Of a stretch of 64,000 bases of DNA, positions 46,406-57,100 are shown piece after piece (position 1 is the stretch's first letter; every line of letters starts with the position of its first letter). The notes beneath the pieces are model-generated. The model saw only the letters and a list, made by a program, of their open reading frames with translations. It did no database searches and was not told the origin of the DNA. The position numbers were made by a program, and so were the translations under genes. Where the stretch lies: contig CM120649.1 of assembly GCA_051362555.1 (NCBI GenBank), positions 11,904,001 to 11,968,000 of the forward strand, read 5' to 3'. Source of the stretch: Lingula anatina (lineage: Eukaryota; Animalia; Brachiopoda).

Positions 46406-49278
46406 ATAATAATAATAATAATAATATTCATTTGAAAAAACAAATAATTAAATAACTGGCATAGCCATAATCCTTGTTGGTGGTGGAAAGTGGAGGGGGG
46501 GGGGGGGGGTACTTCCTGGTCATCCTTCATCCAGTGACTTAGTTTAATTCATACATAGACAAAATAATCCAAAATATTTCATTTGTCATGCTGTGAGGGA
46601 GGCTCACACTGTCACTAATAGGTAATATTAATTTTCATCTCTTCATTATTATTTAATTTTTTTTTTTTTTGACAGAACTTACTTGTTGTATCTTGCCCCA
46701 ATAAGAAAAGAGTGAACAGACTCTCCTGCTGGCACCTGAGGCTGAGGTCTGGAAGAATAACAGAGGTTAAACACATTTAAAAATTAATTTAAAATAGACA
46801 AATATATAAAAGCATAATTAATATGAAAAGTGTTGTTTTGTGCTACAGTAGTTTCTATATCTATTTTTTTTCAAATTCAGTCTTGTAACACAGGGTGTAA
46901 TGACCTATTTAGAAATTATTTGTACTTATTTAGAGCACATAACATAATAGAAGGAAAAAGAGTGAGACTGTTAGTCTTTGGTAGTATGTGGCCCGAATTT
47001 TTAAACATAATACGTGATAAAATTATTTTTAAAACTTACGCTCTTCTAATACCGCTGGATGCACTCTGCGGCCTGCTGACTGGTGGCACTGGAAACATTT
47101 TAATAAATATCATTACTGATAATTTACATCTGACTTATGAAATTAATATAAAAGACATTTGCCAAGAATGTGGTGTATTTTGATATGTTACATAACATTT
47201 TACTTCATCCATCTAAAAGTGGTAAAAAGTTCTTATGAAAATAATTTCTTTGAACCTCTCTCTCCCACGCAAAGTTATACTTGGGGAGTATACTGTACAT
47301 GTATATGCAGGATATGTCATGATGAAGTATTTACCTCTTGGTGTTTGTCGCCTTTGTTCATAAGCATTCACTGGTGCTGAACTGCATCTGTGTCTTGCTC
47401 GCAGTAAACTTTAAAAAAAATAATGACAAAACTGATTTATATACAGTTGTGACCTTGATTCTAAAAACTCTCCAGAAACAGAAATCCAGAATAAGAGATT
47501 ACAACTTGTTTCTTAACAAAAATGCATATGAAAAGGAATTTTCAAAAAGATCATAAATAATGAAAATATAAAATCATGATAAAAACATCATAGCCACAGT
47601 TACTTATTTTAGGGGTCACTCTACACGATTCATCAGTCCCAGTGCTTATGCATATAGTGTGTGTACTTACGATGCTCTCGTCGGCTTTCCAAGCTGCACA
47701 TTCACCTCATTCATTGCGCTGTTTTTGAGTTCTGTGGTTGTCAAATACTGATGAGTACTATTTGGTCTGTAAAATGTTTGCCCATTTTGCTTTAGTGGTG
47801 GAGCACATTTGTTAGGCTGAAGTAAAGCCTTGTGCCATTTTATTGGGCCATTTCGTTGCTCCAACTGAAATTTTATGGAATATTTTTAATTTGATATATT
47901 TTGTCTTCAAATGTTTGAAAAAATTAAAGAATGGCATGCTCAAAACTTATACATCAGAATAAAAACCAAGAAGAAGGACAAAGTTGGACCTATATCCAAA
48001 CATTTATTAAACCCCTTAAAAAAAAGTAAAAACTTTCTGACAATAATTTAAAACCTGTCTTATATCATTATTTCATGAATATTTATAAAAGGACTGCATT
48101 TTATCATATTTTATCAAATTCAGCAACAAAAAAATCCTTAAGTCTTCACTTTTATTAGAGAATTCTACCCCACACTTACCTTGTTTGCTGGCAGCAATTT
48201 TGACAAAAACAACGGCGACTCTCCTGAATGGGAGACCTGATTGCTGATATCCATCACATATTTTGGCGTGCCATGTTCTGCCGTGAACTCATCCTCCATA
48301 ATGTGGTTGATGTCATCTTGGAGTTCTCGGTGGTACTCTGCACTGTGGTTAAAGGAGTACTGACTAGGAGGGTGTCGCTTGCTTCCTGCAATTTATTTAT
48401 TAAAAAAATTTTGGTAATTTTCAACTAAAATTTTAAAGTTGAAGAACTATAAAATGAACTGAGATTAATAGTGGTTTTGAATAAGAGAAGGTATTGACAG
48501 GTTTAATTGACTTTTCTGGAAATAAAAAGTGATGAATTCAAGGACTACATGTACAAGCAGTTTTGATTTACACATGATATTTGTTTAATCTAAGCACATT
48601 TAACTTAAACTGAATTAAATTAAAAAATCCTTTTTAAATGAAAATATGAAAAAAGAGATCCAAGCAACTGTAATTTACACATCGGAAATTATTGAACTTC
48701 TTTATGAAATTCTTTTAAAATTAATTAAAAATCCCTTTTAAGCAGTTTTTAAGTGACAATCAACATTTCATCAAAAGTTTAAGTAAAGAAAAAACTGTTA
48801 CAGAAATATAATACATTGTATAATATCCCATTAAATTACCTAAAAAGTCAATTAAGCATTTCATGATTTATTTTCATGACTTACTTGATTTTAGAGAGAA
48901 TTATCAATAAATCTAATTAATTTAATTTCATGCCTTCATCTCAAATCAATTTTTTTAAATACATTTAATAATATTCAACCATTCCTCTCACAAAAATAAT
49001 TGTGAAAAAATACCAAATTTCTGACTAAATTGATGGTAATTGGTTAAATTTATCAATACTCAAACAAAACAAAAATCAGGAACTACTAGCAGCAAGATTC
49101 CACCACTTAAAAAAAAAAAAGAAAAACATTTCCAACCTATTGGTGTCAACTTTTTTCTCCCCATTTTTGGTCCTGAGCTACTAAGAAGCAAGGATAGGTA
49201 AGACTGGTCTCTGAAACTGCTACTTGTATTGGGTAGTGTCTGTACCCTTCGGCGTAAGATTTCCACTTCTCCATGCAT
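42301..49278 (-). CDS. Uncharacterised, largely disordered protein with acidic C-terminus, ~11 coding exons
   Basis: GT-AG exons join in phase: approx 49137-49278, 48180-48385, 47671-47864, 47335-47408, 47040-47088, 46683-46748, 46055-46242, 44268-44394, 43791-44017, 43252-43496, 42301-43070. No family recognised. A probable non-coding first exon lies at ~51606-51890. Confidence 0.7.
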
Positions 49279-51874
49279 TTTATCCTTTTTTAAAATTGTC
49301 TTTCTGGGAACAAAGTCATGTTCCTAATTCTCAGCAAAGCAAGTCACGAATCAATGTTTTTCTTCTCTATTTATCCTCAAAAAATTACATCTTTCCTTAG
49401 TTAATCCTTTTTTCTTAGCAACTAAATTTATGTACAAGTAACGCTTCTCACGTCGGTCTTCTGAATAATGACTTGAACCCAGCACAAATAAACAGCAGTC
49501 GCTAACCATTTTAAACACGCTAGACTAAGCTGACCAAAGAAAAACAAGTCTCATTGACTAACATAAATATTTAGGGCATCACCTGTAACAGACTGTATTT
49601 AGAGAACACACAACACTAACAATATCCTCACGCAACATCAAATAAGGTGGCACTTTTCAAATATGTTTTCGTTACTTTAAATCCTAAGAGGACCCCTTTG
49701 TTCAAGTAATAGGCGGCTTGTACTCAAACTAAGAAAGAGGTATTTGATATAAGCGGTGCCCGTTGAAAGCTGTTTAAAACAAAAGGCCTCCTGATTTTTA
49801 AGAAGTGTGCTTGGCCTATGTTTGAACCGACAAAACATGTATATGTATCATACCCCCTGCGTTTTAACAGTAAATACAGACATTTCTCACACCCTGTTCA
49901 GGTTCATATTTTTATCAATGAAGGTCACTTCTTGGTAACAATGCACATGTACAAGACCAATACTTTTGTTTCAGTGGCTTGGCAAAAACATCATCCTTAG
50001 CCTTTTGTGCAAATCACCATAAAATGTCCTGTGCTTTGTGTGAATTATGTGCGTATATTTACAGTAGGTCTACGTGCACAAAACCACATTTTTGGATTTT
50101 AAAGGAACCAAATGGTTCTAAACAGGTTAAATGGAAGAGCTTATTTCTAACTGAAAATGACTTGAAAACAAAATGTTATGTATTTTGACAAAGCACTTAC
50201 AAACACATGTACCCTGTACATACAGTACATGTATCTCAGATCTTCAGATTTTTATTCAACCTTTTAAAATAACATCAAACAACAGTAACAACATTTAGTC
50301 AAATTATAATTTAATTTCAGTACCTTAAAAAATGTACCATACAGAAAAGACCAAGAAATTATTATTTCCAGCTTAATGTTATTTACATTAAAATTCACAC
50401 TCAGCAACACAGCACAAAGGTGTTTGGGGGGTATAACAGCCAAAACTAAATACAGACAACAAAACAAACTAAGTTGTATAAAAAAGAAGAAACAATTAAA
50501 TAAGAAGAATATGAAAAAAAGAGAAATAAGATGAAAATACTGGGTAGATTACCATCAACTCAGCACTTCAAATTGTAGATTCAAAACCATGCATATGGGA
50601 ATAAAGATCACCATTTCACACTCATAAAATGGACAGTAACAGTATTCAATGACAATAAACCCAATTGTTACTCAGAACCTTACATGCAAATAAATTTGGA
50701 AGACAGGGGTTTGGGGGTAAAGTAAAGATTTAAACACATTCACAATAAAACAGTTTTACTTGTAACTTGTAATTAAGTCAAATATGAAAATCTACACACT
50801 GCCACAAGTACAAGAAAACAGCAAACTCCTTACTCTCTAGGGCAATTTTGTGAGCTGTAAACAAATAGACAGATTGAAATACTGGGGTAGTCGCTTTCAA
50901 AGCACAATTTTTACTTTGAATCTCAAAGCAAAATGTTAAATTTAAAATAAAATATTACTATTACTTGTCATCATAAAGTCATTATTTTATGAGTTATTAA
51001 TTATGTTTTTTTTTTTTTTCAAAAACAGGTATATCTGTAATTAACCCAGTAGCTAACGAACTATTACATGTACCCCACACAACACACAGTGCTACTGTAC
51101 TTAGTAGCTGTACCCTAGCTACCATACGCCAGTCTAGTATCACTACTGGAGTAGTGTCAACCATATGCTTTTAAAAGGAAATTGTGCAACCATATAAATT
51201 ATAATTTTAATTTACCAATTTCCACCATGACAAAACGCTTAAAACCCTCTAATAGTACTTCAAACTAGACAGAAATGTTGCACTGTCATACTGTACTGGT
51301 CAAAATGAATTTCTCAATTTTGATGGTTCTTTCTCAAATAAATCAAGGCACTGCCAATGAACATATTGACCATGAATATATAATCGTTCTTACAATCTCT
51401 CAGGCTAATTACATTTAACTGGTATTAATCAATGAATAATGCGAAAAGAAACAATTAGATATTGATTTCAATGCAACATAATTGCCATGATCAGCCAAAC
51501 AAATCCTAGCCTAGGATCTGCAGCGGATAGTTGGCATGCAGTCTGGTGATAACATTATTCATTTTTACCCTCGACAATAAATAATTTAATGAAATAATAA
51601 TTCACCTTTAAATCCCTGACCAATATTTGCATCGGAAGCGAACTGTCGCTGGCGGTCCTCGTATGAAAGATCAAGACCCAAATACCGCAATCCCTGACTT
51701 CGGGATTTTCGCATTTGTACGCCGCTGCGTGAATTGTTCTGATCGCTGAACACCATCTTGCGGTGTTGAGTCGGGGACTTAAATCATTCACTCAAATTTC
51801 CACTGCCAAACCATTTAGAGCGATATGTTTAACGTAATTCTAGCAGAACAATTGCGACTCTTCACTCTTGATGG

Positions 51875-51970
51875 CAGTCGCCATGTTGTTTGACCTTTGT
51901 CATTCCATAGCAACAGTGACAGCCCAGTAGTTGGCGCTGCCAGCAAGGAAAGTTGGGAATTCCCAACAAG
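51875..51970. promoter_or_regulatory. Bidirectional promoter with perfect NF-kB-type site, YY1-like motif and RFX-like half-site
   Basis: GGGAATTCCC at 51955-51964 within the 16-bp palindrome GTTGGGAATTCCCAAC (51952-51967); CGCCATGTT near 51879-51887; CATAGCAAC near 51906-51914. CpG-rich; flanked by splice donors at 51605 (-) and ~52023 (+). Confidence 0.6.
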
Positions 51971-52800
51971 AGGGGACAAATACTTGAGCAGAGCTTGAGG
52001 AGCATTTTGCTAATCAAAGCAGGTTAGTAGTCGCTTGACAGGGATGTGATTTTTTTATATTTATTTTTTGTTTAGATTTTTACCCTCCTTCTAGCACAAG
52101 TGTGTTCTCTTCGTATGAAATAAAAGAGTTGATAGAATATTCTTTCGCTTTCGCATGTCGTTGACGTCATCCTGATAACGTGAGTTAGATCTGGTGTAGC
52201 TGGCAGTATTATCGAGTATTACTATTAGGGCGTCGAATGTGCCGTGAGTATGTTTTTTCCTTATGATCAGTACACTGTACAAAAGGCAAAATATTTGTAT
52301 AGGCAAAATACTTAGTTCTGATTACGTACAGTACTTTGTACTGGGCATACCGGTAGTTGAGGTTGTTGAGATAATGACACTTACTTAGTTTCTATTCATT
52401 TTTTAAGATATTGAGTAGTATATGTGTCCATTTGGCTTCCCCTGCATATTACCGGTAGTACATATTATTATACATGTACATTATATCTCACAGTGGACAA
52501 ATTCTACTCGTACGTTGCATGTACCGGTACTGTATTTGTATCAATGTTGAATATTAAGATGTGTTTATATTGATTAAATAGTATATAAGTTTTAAAAGTG
52601 GGAAGGGAGCGAATAAAATCTATACTAAGTACAAGATTAGATTAAAACCTTGAAAATGGGAAATCGATACATGTGCATTAGTTAAAATGGCCAAAATTTG
52701 TCAAAATACTGGTACTGCAGTAGCTATTTTTCCCCTTATTTTATTATATATAATATACTTTCTCTCTTTATATACACATAGATAAAAAAAATCACAGAAG

Positions 52801-53041
52801 ATGGCGTCACCAACAAGCCAAGCAAAGCCTCCAGGGAACCAAGAATTTTTGAAGCGCCTGAATGATAAAGGTTATAAGAACTGGTTAAAAGGAGCACAGT
52901 GCCTCAAAGAGCTTTGCAACGGATTGGCATCTTTTTGTGAGAAGGAATCACAAGCATTACATCAACAATTGAAAAAGAAAGTTAACTTAAAGCAGACATG
53001 TGGGACGTGCAGGAGCAAAAATATTATCAAGGTACAGTAAG

Positions 53042-53089
<48 letters not shown>

Positions 53090-53421
53090 TCTGAAATTTA
53101 TTGTGTATATACCAAAGTCCTAGTTTAAGCTTTTGCCACTTTTGATATTTTTATTCTTAAAATTCTTGAGCTGTCAATGTTATCTTCAGCCTGAAGCCTT
53201 CCTAATTTTTAACATGACCAAAAACAAAATCAGTGTGCACTTACATGTAGCTACTAATCTCAGTACCGTATGGTAATTTTAGTATGTTACTCTTTTTTTA
53301 CCTTAATAAAGGGATCTATTGTTCCATGCTGATCTTATGAAGCCTTCTCAGATTAAGTGTCTTATTTTTTACACAAAAGATTTGGTGAACATGTAATTGC
53401 GATACCTCATAATCAATTTCA

Positions 53422-53467
<46 letters not shown>

Positions 53468-54115
53468 ATTATTTCTATTTTCTACAAGCAGAACCAACTG
53501 AAGAATCCCTGTCCTGTGGGTGTGTGTGATAAATGGGTCAAGGAAATAGTAGCTGTTCATAAATTGAAAGGTAATAATTTATCATATTTTTGCCACTGGG
53601 ACCTTCCAAGTGGAGACAAGGCTGGACAATGTTGCCTTCACTTTTTTTTAGCAGATATGTGATCTAAAGTGTGTGTGTGTGTGTGTGTGTCAGGGGTGGA
53701 TTTAGGCCGTCTTCTGGGTCTTCCGGAAGACGGTCAGATTTTTAAGTTTACGTTGTCCGGCATCTAATGTTTTCTGTCGGAAGACGGTAAAAATTGGAGG
53801 ATGGATCAACAAAAATAAATTGGAAGACTGTCAGAAATTACCTTTGGATCTGCCCCTGTGTGTGTGTGTTTGTGTTTGCGCGTGCATGTGTGCGTGTGTG
53901 TGTGTGTGTGTGTGTTTTCAATCTGTGATAGTTATACACAATGTACCAATAAGTTCTGAACATAAATCGATCCTCATTGTTGATACATGCACATTGGGTA
54001 TGTCTTCAGTACTGGCCGGTGTAATAAGAAAATGTTTGTTTTTGTATTTTACTCATGCTCATGCACACTTTTCCTTTATAAGAGGTAAGTTATTAGTATT
54101 AGTATATATTTTTTA

Positions 54116-54164
<49 letters not shown>

Positions 54165-57100
54165 TTCACATAAACTACATGTAAATTTTTCAATTAATTA
54201 TTTATAATTGTATTTTTTTTTGGCAGAAGTGTTTTGGACCAACTGTTCCCTGGATCAAGTGCCCACCATCCACTGGGAGGTGGCCAAGTGTTTTATGAAC
54301 CGTGGTCAAAAGTCAGCCAACACAGGAGCAGCAACCAGTGACACCTCTGCTCTCCTTAATCTGCTGAGAAACTGTAAGCCAATCAATGGCAAGTTTACAA
54401 ATAAATCCTGTCCAGAAAAGGTAGATATTTTTTAACGTAATTTATATTTGATTCAGTGTCAGCTACACTAAAAAAGGTTGTCAATCTGTCTGTTTTCATA
54501 AATCCCATGTTTTTACTCAATTTGTAAAAAAAAAAAGAGAAAAGAACCATGGGCATAGGCTGCAGGAGACAGATTGGGTGGGTGGGGGGAGTTGTCATTC
54601 CACCTGCTAACACATTACATTCTTTGATTTATTTATTTACCTAGGCTGCTCAAAAAAGAAATCAGTTGATGCATTCCTCTGATATGACATGGACTGACAC
54701 ACAGCTTCAAGAGTGTGTTGCTGCCTTGGTAACTTTACTGTCAGACACAGCACTGGCCCAAAACCAAGATGCAAAGAAGGCAATAGCAACCATCAAGCAG
54801 GTAGTGTCCGTGTGTGAAGGTGTTGGGCTGAAGTGTGTTAGTTGTGGCAGTGCTTTTGTTGGGTGTGACTGTGCTGAGCTTGAGTGTGTTAGGTGTGATG
54901 GTGATTGTGTTGGATGTGACTGTGCTGAGTAGGAAGCATCATTTTGATTGTGCTTGATGTACAAAAAAAATGAAGCATTTTACTTTATTTGTTTTTGTAG
55001 AAAAATCAATGATGGTTAATGTGTAGAGTGAAGTATAATAAATAGATATAGCTTCAAGACGCACTGGATATAAGATGAAAGAATTTCTGCAAATTTTCTT
55101 TAGATTTGTGGAAGTAAGTTCCATATAAGTGAGGAGGATTTGGAAAAGATTGAACTGGAAGTTCTAAAAAACAAGATGGAAGAAATTGAGGAAACACTGA
55201 ATGAAGCCCAGCAAATAACCCCAGAGGTAAAGAAACATTATTATTATTAAAGAAAAAGTGCTCTATAGAGTAACAGTTAGTAATCGCCTTGTGAGACAGT
55301 TAGTTACCACATGTTAGTAGGTTTATGTTTAAAAATCTTGAAGAAAATTTTTTCTTCACCAATGCCACTGCAAGCATGGAAGGACAAAGATGAACATTTA
55401 GTTAGAAAAAAAGACTGCTTGGGACATTTCATCAAGAAATTGATTTTTGTATCTTAAGATTATCCATATGTGCCTTAAGATTTTTCTCAGATGTTTCAAG
55501 ATATTTTTCCAGGTATTCCAAGATTTTTCAAGTTAAAATTATAATTATTCTCTTGTTGTTGATCTTTTTCAGCTTACAAGTGCCTTGGCTGCATTCACAG
55601 AATTCTTGAAGAAAAACCCTGACCTCTTAGACAAACTCAAAAGTAATCTTGAGGAGCTGCAGAATAACATGGAGACACTACAAGACAGGATGGATACCCT
55701 TGAAGGTATGCATTGTCAGTATCTTCTACTTGTTCAAAAAGAAAGAAAGAAAACAAAAAACAAGTGCTAATGGCAATTAAGCACTTAAATTGTGTCCCTG
55801 TATCATCCTCTGAAATCCAGTTTCACTTCACCAAATAAAGAATTTATTATATTTTCTTTGACGTTGGCTTGCCATTGCATGGTTTGCCACAAATATCACA
55901 AAACATTTTGCATTAATTCAGTATCTAATATAATTTTCAGAATGGACTGTTATTCAGAATATAAAAAAGGGAATACTTTTTCAACTGGTTTGGGGTCTTT
56001 TGATATATATGCATATGTGAGCACTCTCTAGTTCAGATCACTTAGCCAGAAATTTAGATTAAATTTCAATGTCATTTCCATAAATCTTTTAATTAAAAAA
56101 AAGATAGCACAACATGCATGTACGTGAAAATTACAATTGCTTACAATTGCTTAAGCTTAAAAAGACTCCCAATGTTGACCATTTTACATTTTGCCCATGA
56201 CATGTTGGAAAATTTGTGTATGGGACAATTTGTGTGTAAATGATATAGCATTATTATTATTATTATTATTATGTAAAATTGTCATATCTTAATTATTTTA
56301 TCACCAATTATACTTGGCTTATTACTTCTGGGAGCTACTAAACAAGATTCAAAAGTAAGAACTTGGTACTATACCAGAATATTGTATTTTTTCTAAATTC
56401 TTCTTTTTCAACATTCCAAAAAGGGAGGCAAGACCAACAACAAGAAAAACTGGAGGACTTAATCGATGCAGTTAATAACTTGAAGTTAGGGCAAGGCAAT
56501 AGCCCTGATGGGAGAGGTAAAGCAATGTGGAATATGTAGCATTAATATTAGCGTATAATTATATTTCTTTTTTATTAACAGTGAATTATTGACTCTTGCT
56601 TTACTACTTATTAAAATAAGATACATAATAGCATTATGGCGAATGAAAATATCTAGGCACTAATAAATTTTCCAAATAACTGAAAAAATTATTTTGATTA
56701 TTAAAATGAGTTTTTTTCATGATTATCAAAGATTGTGTTTCACTGTAATTCAGAAAATGATTCTGAATTAAACATCTTTTACTGCCCAGCTCTTTGTTTG
56801 TTTTTATGTTTGTTTCAAATTATCTAAAATTACAGGCAGTGCCTCAGTTCCAGTTGTAAACTACAAGAATGCCCTGCAGGACCACACGCAGAGTTCGGGA
56901 CTGAAGCTTCCTGTTTACACACCAGTCACACCACCAGATGGCAGAGGTGGCTTTATTTTCCAACACAAGCTTTAGCTTTATAAAATCAAAACAAAGATTA
57001 AAATAATCAAAATAAAGGTTTTAGAAAAATGAAAAACCATCTTGTTAGTTTGGTTGTTGAGATAATGACACTGAGTTTCTATTCATTTTTTAAGATATTG

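Noticed and set aside
51555-51884. Minus-strand ORF 51555-51791 and short MATAIKSEESQLFC ORF
   Set aside because: The long ORF has no ATG start or recognisable motif, and the short one stops after 14 codons; better explained as a 5'UTR exon.
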